NCBI RefSeq assembly: GCF_030144855.1 | Contig: NC_082707.1 | Span: forward strand, 189,162,001-189,226,000 | Source: Hypanus sabinus | Lineage: Eukaryota | DNA: 64,000 bases | Reading direction: 5' to 3' | In this document: piece by piece, positions 25,729 to 37,164 of the stretch | Layout of the letters: every line of letters begins with the position of its first letter | How positions within the stretch are numbered: position 1 is the first letter of the stretch | Translations under genes and position numbers: made by a program | The notes under the pieces: generated by a model | Databases searched by the model: none | What the model was told of the DNA's origin: nothing | The model's input: only the letters and a program-made list of their open reading frames with translations

Positions 25729-28700
25729 TGTTTTCTCTAGAGTGGCAGAAGCTGAAGGGAGATCTGATAGAGGTTTATAAGATTACAAGAGGTATTGTTA
25801 GAGTAGACAGACAGTATCTTTTTCCCAGGGTTGAAATATCTAATATCAGAGAGATTATTGATTTAAGGTGAGAAGGGATAATTTCAAAGGAGATGTGAGG
25901 GACAATTTTTTTATATATATAGAGAGACGTGAATGCCTGGAATGCACTGCCTGGGGTGGTAGTAGAGGTAGAAACATTGGGGACATTTAAGAGACATTTA
26001 CATCGTTTGTAGATGGGCATATCAATGTGATGAAAGTAGAAGGATATGGACATTGTAGGCAGAAGAAATTAGTTTAGTTGGCCATTTAATCATTAATTTA
26101 ATTGGTTAAGCACAACACTGTAGGCTGTAAGGCCTGTTCTTGTGCTGTACTGTTACTATGTTCTAAAATCTTCTGACGACCTTCTCTGCTCCAAAGAGAA
26201 CAGCTCCTGCTTCTCAAGTCTAATCCTAAAACTGAAATCCCTCAGCCTTGGAACATTTCTAGTTAATCATTTCCACACCTCTCCAGGAAAAGAATAATTT
26301 CTAATTCTCATTGGCTGTACATTTCATAAAATCTTTAAATTTGGTGCTCTGCTATCCAATACTATGTAAAATGTCTGCTGTATACTAATGGAATAGAAGA
26401 TTTCAATTGTAATTTGAGAAGCGTGGTCTGGAATAAATATTAAAGATCATTGCTAATAATAAGATTGTCTACAGAGATTACACACTTGAATGCTACGATC
26501 ACTATTGCACTGTTGATTGCAGTTCTTAATGAATTTTTATTCAGAATGGTTTCTGTTTCTGTAACAAAACACCAAATGATACATGGTTTCAGACAATGCA
26601 AGTATATGCAGTGATAATATAATTACTGTACTCAAAGTATATCTATGTATATGAGAGCTGTTCCCCACTCCACATAACCAAGATTGAAACAGGACAAAAA
26701 GACCAAGTAAAATGATAATTGTTCATTACTGTTATTCACGCTACTGAACATGAAAAAAAAAGTCTGATATATTCTGAGGTGCCCAGAATCCAATCTACAT
26801 ATCGATGGGTGAAGATAGTGCCTTCTGCATTAAGCCTCATAATGGTCTATGGACAAAATACAAAAGACATTGATGATTATTTTAATGGATTACACAATCT
26901 CTAAGAACGTCAGCGTATTGAAGACAGTGTGAATTTTAGTTTGGAGTTAATCATCAGGCTCAGGCTTTCAGCAAACTTTAGGTTAGAAATTGGTAGGCAT
27001 TGCCCTAATTTTTCAGGCACACCTCTGGTTCAAACTCTAGCAGCTGGGGCAATATTCATATTGATGTCACTGCTAAGTTTACTGAGTCACTTCTATTTCA
27101 AGGTGCCAGGTATTAATTGAAAGTTGGTTTTATGTTCAATAGTATGGCAAAACTTAATACATAGGAAGCTACCTGGAATGATCAGGCTCACTTCCCAACT
27201 CCTTTCCAAAACCCTACAAATTTTCCATAAATTGTCCATCCAAATTTCCTTTTGAAAGGGAGATCAGAGTTAGAGTAGGATGGAGAATTAAAGTGATGGG
27301 AAATTGGTAGCTCAGGCCTCACATCTGCATTGTAAAAAGGTGCTCTACATATTGATCATCCAAGCTACAAATGGTTTTCCCAGTGTAGAGACTGCATTGT
27401 GATCACCAAATGTGATATCACAAGCCCACAAATTAAAAACAAATAGTTGGCCATTTGGCTCTTTGAATTGTGATTACCATACTAATCAAGAACCTATCAA
27501 CCTCCGCTTTAAATGTACAATGACGTGACATCCACAGCTGTCTATGGCAATGAATTCCAGAAATTCACCAGCTAACAAAATTCCTTCTCATCCCTTAGGC
27601 CTCAGACCACCTGGACAAAACAAACATCTATGTCAGGATGCCGTTCATCGACTATAACTCAGCATTTAATACCATCATTCCCACAATCCTGATTGAGAAG
27701 TTACAGAACCTGGGCCTCTGTATCTCCCTCTGCAACTGGATCCTCGACTTCCTAACCAGAAGACCACAGTCTGTACGATTGGTGATAACATCTCCTCCTC
27801 GCTGCCGATCACACTGGCGCACCTCAGAGGTGTGTGCTTAGCTCACTGCTCTACTCTCTCTATACCCATGACTGTGTGGCTAGGCATAGCTCAAATACTA
27901 TCTATAAATATGCTGATGATACAACCATTGTTGGTAGAATCTCAAATGGAGATGAGAGGGCGTACAGGAGTGAGATATACCAACTAGTGGAGTGGTGTCA
28001 CAGCAACAACCTTACACTTAATATCAGTAAGACGAAAGAACTGTTTGTGGACTTCAGGAAGGGTAAGACGAAGGAACATATACCAATCCTCACAGAGGGA
28101 TCAGAAGTGGAGAGAGTGAGCAGTTTCAAGTTCCTGGGTGTCAAGATCTCTGAGGATCTAACCTGGTCCCAATATATCGATGCAGTTATAAAGAAGGCAA
28201 AATAGGGACTATACTTCATTAGGAGTTTGAAGAGTTTTGGTAAGTCAATAAAAACACTCAAAGACTTCTATAGATGTACTGTGGAGAGCATTTTGACAGG
28301 CTGCATCACTGTTTGGTATAGAGGGGCTACTGCACAGGACCTAAAGAATCTGCAGAGGTTCGTGAATTTAATCAGCTCCATCTTGGGTACTAGCCTACAA
28401 AGTACCCAGGAGATCTTCAAGGAGCGGTGTCTCAGAAAGGCAGTATCCATTATTAAGGGCTTCCAGCACCCAGGGAATCCCCTTTTCTCAATGCTACCAT
28501 CAGATAGGAGGTACAAAAGGCCAAAGGCACACACTCAGCAATTCAGGAACAGCTTCTTCCCCTCTGCCATCTAATTCCTAAATGGATATTGAACCTGTGA
28601 ACACTACCTCACTTATTTAAATCTATTTTTTCTGTTTTTGAATGATTTTTAATCTATTCAACATACATATGCTGTAAACATGAGGAAATCTGCAGATGCT

Positions 28701-28773
28701 GGAAATTCAAGCAACACACACAAAATGCTGGTGGAACACAGCAGGCCAGGCAGCATCTATAGGGAGAAGCGCT

Positions 28774-28807
28774 GTTGACGTTTCGGGCCGAGACCCTTCA
28801 TCAGGAC
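28774..28807 (-). ncRNA. Minimal hammerhead ribozyme motif, sense with NRXN3 pre-mRNA
   Basis: Minus strand reads GTC-CTGATGA-A-GGGT(CTCG)GCCC-GAAA-C-GTC^AAC. Core intact, one mismatch in stem I. Confidence 0.65.
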
Positions 28808-29109
28808 TAACTGAAAGGAAAGATAGTAAGAGATTTGAAAGTAGAAGGGGGAGGGGAAAATGCAAAATGATAAGAGAAGACAGGAGGGGGTGGGGTGAAG
28901 CTAAGAGCCAGGAAGGTGATTGGCAAAAGGGATACAGAACTAGAGAAGGGAAAGGATCATGGGACTGGAGGCCTAGGGAGAAAGAAAGGGGGAAGGGAGC
29001 ACCAGAGGGAGATGGAGAACAGACAAAGTGATGGGCAGAGAGAGAAAGAAAAAAAAGGGGAAAGAATAAAAAACTAAATATATCAGGGATGGGGTAAGAA
29101 GGAGAGACC

Positions 29110-29289
29110 CATCTCCCAGTGGCCACGCATTTTAATTCCACGTCCCATTCCCATTCTGATATGTCTATCCATGGCCTCCTCTACTGTCAATATGAAGCCA
29201 CACTCAGGTTGGAGGAACAACATCTTATATACCGGCTGGGTAGCCTCCAACCTGATGGCATGAACATTGACTTCTCTAACTTCCGTTAA
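29110..29289 (+). pseudogene. C-terminal 59 codons of a PLE GIY-YIG endonuclease domain
   Basis: HLPVATHFNSTSHSHSDMSIHGLLYCQYEATLRLEEQHLIYRLGSLQPDGMNIDFSNFR* is uninterrupted; not reported in this frame by the ORF track. Confidence 0.85.
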
Positions 29290-29589
29290 TGCCCCTCCTC
29301 CCCTTCTTACCTCATCCCTGATATATTTAATTATTTTTCTTCCCCTTTTTTTTTCTTTCTCTCTCTGCCTATCACTCTGCCTGTTCTCCATCTCCCTCTG
29401 GTGCTTCCTTCCCCCTTTCTTTCTCCCTAGGCGTCCTGTCCCATGATCCTTTTCCTTCTCTAGCTCTGTATCCCTTTTGCCAATCACCTGTCTCAGCTTC
29501 ACCCCACCCCCTCCAATCTTCTCCTATCATTTCACATTTTCCCCTCCCCCTCCTACTTTCAAATCTCTTACTATCTTTTCTTTCAGTTA

Positions 29590-29623
29590 GTCCTGATGAA
29601 GGGTCTCAGCCCGAAACGTCGAC
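29590..29623 (+). ncRNA. Minimal type-I hammerhead ribozyme motif (PLE-associated), core intact
   Basis: GTC-CTGATGA-A-GGGT(CTCA)GCCC-GAAA-C-GTC^GAC: stem I GTC/GAC, conserved core, palindromic ACGT in place of stem III. Predicted cleavage after 29620. Confidence 0.75.
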
Positions 29624-30489
29624 AGCGCTTCTCCCTATAGATGCTGCCTGGCCTGCTGCGTTCCACCAGCATTTTGTGTGTGTGTTACATATACTGCAAT
29701 TGATTTATTTATTTCCTTCTATATTATGAATTGCATTGAACTGCTGCTGCTAAGTTAACAAATTTCACGCCACATGCTGGTGATAATAAACCTGATTCTG
29801 ATTCTGATTCATCTCTGTTCTAAAGGGAGGTCCTTGTATTCCGGAACTCTGCTCTCAGCTCCGAACCTCCCTCACCATAGGAAACATCCGCTCCACATCC
29901 GCTCTATCAAGGCCTTTCAATATTTAATAAGTCTCAATGAGTTCCTCCTTTTTTCAAAATTACAGTGAGCGCTAGTTGAGAACCATCAAATGCTGCTCAT
30001 ACATTAATCCTTTCTTTCCTAGCATCATTCTCTTTAATCTCCTTTGGAACCTTTACAATGCCAGCATATCCCTTCTTAGAAAAGGGACCCAAAACTGCTC
30101 ATAATGTGTGGTCTGACCTGTGCCTTAGCCTCTGTATTATTTCCTTTCTTGTATATTTTAATCCTCTCAAAACAAATGCTAACATTTCATTTGCTGTCCT
30201 TAATACCACCTCCTTTACTACTGACCGTTTTCTCAACTCCTTCTCCATCTCTAAACATTAATGCACCTTCAAACCTTCCAAACTTGAGTAAGGGTCCCTG
30301 ATGTAAAATGCCTCCTCTGTTTCTCTCCCCACTGCTACTGCCTGACCTCCTGAACAACAGCATTGTTTGCTTTCCCAGCCACTTACTGGCTTTCTGAAAA
30401 TCATCCATTAGAGCACTCAGATCCATTAGAGTGCTGTGATCCCTCAGAATTTACATGATACGCTTTCTAGTTGTTTTACCTTATAAAGC

Positions 30490-31830
30490 GGACGATTTCA
30501 CATTTCCAACTTGCTGCACATGTTAATAGGCTGGTTAAGAAAGCATATAGAATGTTGGCCTTCATTATTCAGCAGATTGAGCTCAAGAGCCGCGAGGTAA
30601 TGTTGCAGCTCTGCAAAGACCTGGTTAGACCTCACTTGGAGTATTGTCTTCCGTTCTCATTACAGGAAGAACATGGAAGCTTCAGAGTTTCCTGAAGGTT
30701 GTTATAGCTGAGGTGGTAATGGAGACCTACTAAATGTTCCCAATGGCACGCACCTTAAATCGCCTCTGAAAATCAAGTCCAGCTTCTGGCCTCACATGTG
30801 ACTTAGCTACTAAACCCAATGGAACTGTTTCTTCCGACAGGAGAAGAGGCAAAGACAGGTTACTGATGCCTTAAAACCAGTCGTCTTGAGCAGATTGGGT
30901 TCATCAGCCAGAGTTGTCAGCTCATCTAGAAGGAGAACTCTGATCACGGACCTACACTGCCTCGAGGCTATACCCACTCTTGGGAAAGGCTTCAGGAATA
31001 AATCTCAAGGGAAAAGTCCAGAGCTGAAACCCCTAAGGCAGTCTTACATCGACTTAAACACTGACTGGCAATTTCTGTAATGCTGCTGGTGTGAAACTGT
31101 ATTGGCCTCTGACATCCCTTTGGGTTCATCAGATGCCTGGAGGAGGGGAGCTTGCTGAATGGGCAACAGGTTACTCTCCATATTGTACTGCCCAGGCCTG
31201 TGTACCTCGACTGCTAGGACGCCACATCCATGGTTGATCCCCACCAACAGATGCCTCTCATCGAAGCTTGAGAGAGGGTGCAGAACAGATTGCCAGGATG
31301 CTGCCCGTATTAGAGAGGGTGTCTTGTGTGGATAGGTTGAGAGAGCTAACGTTTTTCTCTTTGGAGCAAAGGAGGATGACAGGTGTACAAGATGATAAGA
31401 AGCACACGTAGATTGAAGGGATAGCCAGAAAACGGCGGAAATGGCTAATACAAAGGGCATAATTTTAAAATGATTGGAGGAAAGTATGAGGGGGAGGATG
31501 TCAGAGGAAAGTTCTTTACACAGAGAGTGGTGGTTGCTTTGGTTGAAAATCAAGCTTAAAACAGATATAATTGCAAATTCATATTATTTTCAGAAATCTT
31601 TGGTTGAGGATACTTTTCAGTGAGTGGTAAAATAATTGACTGCATGGAACACCCTAACAGGGGTATAGCACAAGCAGATACATTAGGGACATATAAGAAA
31701 CTCTTAGATAGCCACATGAATGATAGAAAATTGAGGGCTACGTAGGAGGGAAGGGTTAAATTGATCTGAGAGAAGTTTTAAAGGCCAGCACAAGACTATG
31801 GACTGAAAAGTCAGTATTATGCTATATTTT
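30490..31830 (+). mobile_element. CR1 3' fragment interrupted at 30688-31262
   Basis: VKKAYRMLAFI...KSREVMLQLCKDLVRPHLEYC resumes after the insert as GAAGCTTGAGAGAGGGTGCAGAACAGATT. Confidence 0.8.
30688..31262 (+). mobile_element. Non-coding non-autonomous retroposon (575 bp; RTE-like assignment tentative)
   Basis: TSD GAAGCTTCAGAG (30676-30687) / GAAGCTTGAGAG (31263-31274). Shares AAGTCCAGAG...CCCCTAAGGCAG with 56788-57389(-). Confidence 0.75.
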
Positions 31831-31938
31831 TGTATAGATCTCAATTATCAGATCACTGCCCCCATCCCCCCATTTAAGCGATTTACAGTATACTGTGTTA
31901 CTTCATCTTCATCACAAAACAGAGAAGTACCAATAAAG

Positions 31939-32003
31939 CCGGGCTTCCCAAACTCTTTACGCCATGGATTAAGGGATCCATGACCACAGGCTGGGAACCC
32001 CTG
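31939..32003. mobile_element. 65-bp mini hAT (Charlie-like) MITE
   Basis: CCGGGCTTCCCAAACT...AGGCTGGGAACCCCTG inverted ends; decayed 8-bp TSD CAATAAAG/GAATAAAA. Confidence 0.6.
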
Positions 32004-32009
32004 GAATAA

Positions 32010-32560
32010 AATAATTCAGATGAAGTGTCTTCAACCTGAAACAATAATTCTATTTCTCTATAAATGCTACTTGACCTATTTAATGGCTCCATCATTTTCA
32101 TTTTCAATTGGCAGAAGGTCAACCTTTCACATGGAAAGAGCTTTTGGGGTTACTGAAGGTGGGAAGGCAAGGTAAAGGACATATACCATGAGAAGGGGAG
32201 TAGAGATTGGCAGAGAAGAATTAGGAAGAGTAAAAAGAGAGGGAATAGCCTGTTTGGAAGGCAAAAGGATAGAGAGGAGGAAGGACTGATCAGTTCCCCT
32301 TGAGCATCACCCTCCTTCGGACTGAACGATCACGTATTGAACAATTTCTCCTTTAACTCCTCTCATTTACAGCAAATAATAGGTGTAGCTAAGGGAACTA
32401 GCCTGGCTCTAAGCGGTATCGAAAACCTTCATTCAGTTTGCAGAAGTGAAAAAAAGGCTTCCTGTCACTTCAAATATCCATCCCATTTCCACTCCAACCA
32501 CCATCCTTGGCTGCTAATGCTGTAGACATATGTTGGCATATACAATTAATTCTCCATCCA
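32010..32560. mobile_element. Old PLE relic including an RT fragment
   Basis: LNNFSFNSSHLQQIIGVAKGT (32337+) resembles the PLE RT motif NNFSFN..H.LQ..GVAMGT. Degenerate hammerhead CAGATGAAGTGTCTTCAACCTGAAAC at ~32017-32042. Confidence 0.6.
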
Positions 32561-33119
32561 AATTCAGCCTGATCATAGCCAAATGGAATCTTATTTATAC
32601 TCAAGTCCCCTGGAGCTTTCTTTTTCCTAACCCAACCAGGAATCATTACCAGGATGTGTCAGACTTGGACACTAATATCACTTGTCTCTGGATCAGACTT
32701 GACTGACCTTAATTTTAAGATGAGTAGAGGAAAGTCAGAAGTTAGTTATTTTTAACACAGATAATGGTGGATGTGTGGGTGCCAGGGATGGTGTTAAAAG
32801 CAGATACATTGGGGCATCTAAAAGACTTATAAATAGGCACATGGATGATAGAAAACTAAAGGGCTAAGTAGGAGGGAAGGGTTAGATTATTGTTTGAGTA
32901 GGTTAAATTTCGGCAGACATCATGGGCCAAAGAGCTATGTTCTATGTTATACGTGTTTTGTTTGACATCTACCCCCAAATCTCTCCAAGCCCAAATGATC
33001 ATCTGTGCCATTTGATGATACTGAGGCAAATTTGACTGAAGGTGCTTCAAAACCCTAGGCAGAATTTACTATCCACTACTTTGCAAAGTGGCGGGAGCAG
33101 CAGATGGATTCACACAGGA

Positions 33120-35080
33120 GCATCACAGACAAGTGCTTTAGTGAAGAGGTCACTAAAGTTGACCACTGAGAGAGGGGGAAGGGAGGGAGCGCAGGATTCA
33201 CCTGTGGCCATTCCTCTCAATAACATATAAAATTTTGGATACTATTTGGGCAGATGTCCTTCCAGAGGAGAGCAACACCATCAATCAGAGAACCATGATA
33301 GTGTCTGATGTATGCATAGTAGGGCAGGCTGGAGACAGAGAGAGCTATAGAGATTCAAGATGTACAAAAAAGCTGGATGAACTCAGCAGGTCGGGCAGCA
33401 TCCGTTGAAAGGAGCAGTCAACGTTTTGGGTCCAGACCCTTCGTCAGGACTAAAGAAGGAGGGGGCAGGGGCCCTATAAAGAAGGTGGGGGGAGGGTGGA
33501 AAACCAATCAGAGGAAAGATCAAGGGGTGGGGGAGGGGAAGCAGGGAGTGGATAGGCAGGAGAGGTAAAGAAGGAATCTAAGGGGAAAGCACTATTGGTA
33601 GTAGAAGAAGGCAGAGTCGTGAGAGGTGATAGGCAGCTAGAAGAGGAGACAGACCTCTCATGACTCTGCCTTCTTTTTCTACCCAGTGAATAAGCTCACC
33701 TCTCCTGCCTATCCCCTCCCTGCTTCCCCTCCCCCACCCCTTGATCTTTCCTCTGATAGGTTTTCCACCCTACCCCCACCTTCTTTATAGGGCCCCTGCC
33801 CCCTCCTTCTTTAGTCCTGACGAAGGGTCTGGACCCAAAACGTTGACTACTCCTTTCAACGGATGCTGCCCGACCTGCTGAGTTCATCCAGCTTGTTTGT
33901 ACGTCTTGATTTGACCACAGCATCTGCAGTGTACTTTGTGCTTGCTATAGAGATTCGATAGGTAGGGACACAAACAGGGGATTCTGTAGCTGCAAGCAAT
34001 AAACCATAATGTTATGTTGACTTCTGAGAGCCAGGGTCAAGGTAGTCTCTGATCAGTTGCAGAAGATTTTCAAGGGGAGAGGGTGAGTAGCCAGAGGTTG
34101 TTGTACATGTTGGTACCAGTGACATAGGTAGAAAATGTCTTTGAATCTTTTGGAGTTTTTTGAAGATGTAACTAAGTAGTAGATGAAGGTAGTGAAATTT
34201 GTCTATATGGACTCCAGTAAGACATCTGATGAGGTCCTGCATGGTAGGCTGATCTGGAAAGCTGTATTGCATAGGATTCAGGCTGGGTTGGGGGAAGAGA
34301 CATAGCGAGATGCATTCAGAGTTGGCTCAGTTATAGGAAGCAGAGGCTGATGGTTGAAGGTTGATTGTCCGACTGGATGCCTGTGGCTGGTGGGGTGCCT
34401 CAAGGGTCAGTGTTGAGACTATCATTATTCATGTAAACAATTTGGATATGACTGTACGTAGCACAATTAGCAAGTTTGTCAATGATACTAAACTGGTGGG
34501 GGGGGGGGTCATGTTGATAATGAGGTTGATTACAAAGAGATCCTAATCAGTTAGGGAAATTAATGGAAAATGGTCTCCAATTTATATAAGTGTGAGTGGA
34601 TACAATTTGGACATTCAAACCAGGTAGGACCTATGCAGTGGATAGCAGGACATGAAACTAAATATATCCCTTCACAAAGGGAAATAGGGATTTGGTAGTA
34701 CAAGTGCACAGCTTGCTGAAAGCAGCTGTATTAGTAGACAGTGTGGTGAAGAAAGTGTTTAGAATTCATCAGTCATGACATAAAGATTATGATTAGAGAC
34801 TGTTGCAGTTACACAAGTCATTGGTGAGACCACTTAGTGTATTGTGTACACTATCAGCCACCCTGTTGTCGGAAGGACATTGTCAAACTGGAGGTGGTGC
34901 AGAAGAGCGTTACAGGATGCTGTTTGAACCAGAGGGCCCAAGTTATAGGGAGAAGCTGGCCACATTTTATTACTTAGAATATAAAATGAAGGTTGACCTC
35001 ATAGAAATTGAGTAAATCATGAGGTGTTTAGATACGATGCATGGTTAGTCTGCCCCAGGGTTTGAAAGTTCAAAAGAAGT
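33120..35080 (+). mobile_element. Degenerate CR1 (ORF1 esterase relic plus ORF2 RT pieces)
   Basis: GDS-like/RGFCS and VVVHVGTSDIGRK (SGNH-type ORF1 esterase); GVPQGSVL, ISKFVNDTKL. Confidence 0.7.
33357..33943. mobile_element. Fold-back PLE insertion (587 bp) with a hammerhead motif in each arm (33416-33451 minus; 33813-33848 plus)
   Basis: Perfect 13-bp TSD GCTATAGAGATTC at 33344-33356 and 33944-33956. Near-identical inverted arms; the ORF track shows the same peptide on both strands (33377+ and 33696-). Confidence 0.92.
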
Positions 35081-36996
35081 ATTGTAAAGGCTGACAAGGG
35101 AAGTCAAAGACAGCATAAAAGCAGAAGAGACAGCCTACAATATAGAAAAAAATTGTGGGAACCTAGGAGATTGGGAAGCTTTTAAAAACCAACAGGAGGA
35201 AACTAAAAAAGCAATAATGGAACAAAAGTTATAAATATGAGTGTAAGCAGGCCAATAATATAAAATAGGATACTAAAAGCTTTTTCAGATACATAAGGAG
35301 TAAAACTCAGGTAGACAATGGGGGACAAAGAAATGCTGGAGGAACTTACTAAATATTCTGCACCAGTCATCACTTGGAAAACACAAGCGGTTTTCCAGAA
35401 ATTCAAGTGTGTCGAAGGAAGAAGTGAGTGTAGTTCAAGAAGAACTAAGAAGAAGATGCTTAGGGAGCTGAGAAGTCTGAAGATAGACTAGATGGATTAC
35501 ACCCAAGGGTTCTGAAAGAGTTAGCTGAAGAGATTGTGAAGGCATTAGCAGTGATCCTTCAAGAATCATTAGATTCTTGAATGGTTCAGGAGGACCATTG
35601 CAAATGTCATTCCACTCTAAGAAGTGAGGGAGGCAGAAGAAAAGAAATTATAAGCCAGTTAGTCTTACAAGTGATTACAAAGATGTTGGAGTCCTTTAAA
35701 GATGAGAGTTCAGGGTATTTTGAGGCAGATAACAAAATAGGCCAACGTCAGCATGGTTTCCTTGAGGGGAAATTTTGTCTGGCAAATCTGCTGGAATTCT
35801 TTGAAGAAATAACAGACAGGATAGACAAAGGAGAATCAGTGGATGTTGTTTACCCAGATTTTCAGAAAGCCTTTGACAAGGTACCACACATGAGGTTGCT
35901 GAACAAATCTAGAGCCCATGGCATTAAAGAAAAGATCCTAGCATGGGTAGGAAGATGGGCTGACTGACAGAAAGCAAAAAGTAGGATCAAAGGGGAACAT
36001 TTGGCTGCTGGTGACCAGTGTTTTGGGACAGCTTCTTTTCATGAAACATGTCAATAATTTGGATGACAGAATTGGTGGCTTTATGGCCAAGTTTGTGGAC
36101 AATATGAAGGTAGGTGGAGGGGCAGGTAGTGTTGAGGAAGCAGGGAGCCTGCAGAAGGACCTGGACAGATTAACAGAATGGGCAAAGAAGTGGCAAGTAG
36201 ATCGTTATGCAGGGAAGTTTATGGTCATGCACTTTGGTAGAAGCAATAAAGACATAAAATATTTTCTAAATGGGAGAAAATTCAGAAATCAGAGGTGCAA
36301 AAGGTCTAAGAAGTCTGAGTACAGGATTCCCAGAATGTTCCCACAGACTTGCAGGTTGAGTTGGTGGTAGGGAAAGCAAATGCAAATTTAGCATTAATTT
36401 CGAGAAGACTAGAATATAAAAGCAAAAATGTATGCTGAAGCTTTATAAGGAATTGGTTGGACCATTCTTGAGCAGTTTTGGGTCCCTTTTCAAAGGAAGC
36501 ATGTGCTGGCATTGGAGAGTGTCCAGAGGAGGTTCATTGGAACAATTCCACTAATCAAATTTGTGACGAGATTTTGATGGTTCTGGGCCTGTACTCACTG
36601 CAGTTTACAAGAATGAGGTGGGATCTCATTGAAACCTATCAAATACTGAAAAGTCTAAATAGAATGGATGTGGAGAGAAAAATTCCAGTCATGGGGAAAT
36701 CTAGGGCCAGCAGGCACAGTCTCAAAATAGGACATCCATTTAGAACAGAGATTAGGAGGAATTTCTTTAGTCAGAGGTGGTGAATCCATGGAATTCATTG
36801 CTACAGATGGCTGTGGAGGCAATGTCATTGGGTATATTTAAAACAGAGATTGATATGTTCTTGATGAATATAGGTGGCAAAGGTTATGGGGAGAAGGCAG
36901 GAGAATGGGGTTGAGAGGATAATAAATCAGCCATGATGGAATGGCTGAGGACACTTGATGGGCCAAATAGCCTGAACCTACTCCTATGTCTTATGG
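35080..36996 (+). mobile_element. CR1 ORF2 (RT) fragment with 3' UTR
   Basis: QHGFLEGKFCLANLLEFFEEIT...VDVVYPDFQKAFDKVPHMRLL; AKFVDNMKVGG...LQKDLDRLTEWAKKWQ. Confidence 0.95.
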
Positions 36997-37164
36997 TCAA
37001 AACTAGAGGGCATGGATACAAGATAAGATGGGAGAAAATTAAAAGAGATCTGAGAGGTAACTTCATTACACAGTGGGTTGTGGTAATGAGACACCAGAGG
37101 AAGTGGTCAATGCTCCTGCCTGTTCTGTCTGTTGAACTTGCTCTCTTTAACTACATGGGTCTTG

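Larger units (their letters stand above)
28678..29685. mobile_element. Penelope-like element insertion with inverted pLTRs
   Basis: ~390-bp inverted arms (28714-29105 vs ~29300-29685). The spacer encodes a GIY-YIG C-terminus. TSD TACATATGCTGTAA (28664-28677) / TACATATACTGCAA (29686-29699). Confidence 0.9.
27593..29808 (+). mobile_element. Rex1/Babar LINE, 5'-truncated, interrupted by a PLE at 28678-29685
   Basis: [13 protein letters not shown]...[10 protein letters not shown]; LLYSLYTHDC...YADDTTIVG...WCHSNNLTLNISKTKEL; FYRCTVESILTGCITVWY; (CTGATT)n tail at 29792-29809. Confidence 0.95.
27480..30210 (-). mobile_element. CR1 3' fragment, host of nested Rex1 and PLE insertions (CR1 parts 27480-27592 and 29809-30210)
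   Basis: AAATTCCTTCTCATC|TCTGTTCTAAAGGG is continuous across the insertion, with TCATC duplicated. Confidence 0.8.

Noticed and set aside
28696-29502. ORFs of 111-144 aa with low-complexity G/R/E/K- or P/S/L/F-rich translations (also 10233-10700, 33377-33923, 53243-53665)
   Set aside because: Spurious frames across purine/pyrimidine-biased PLE terminal repeats.
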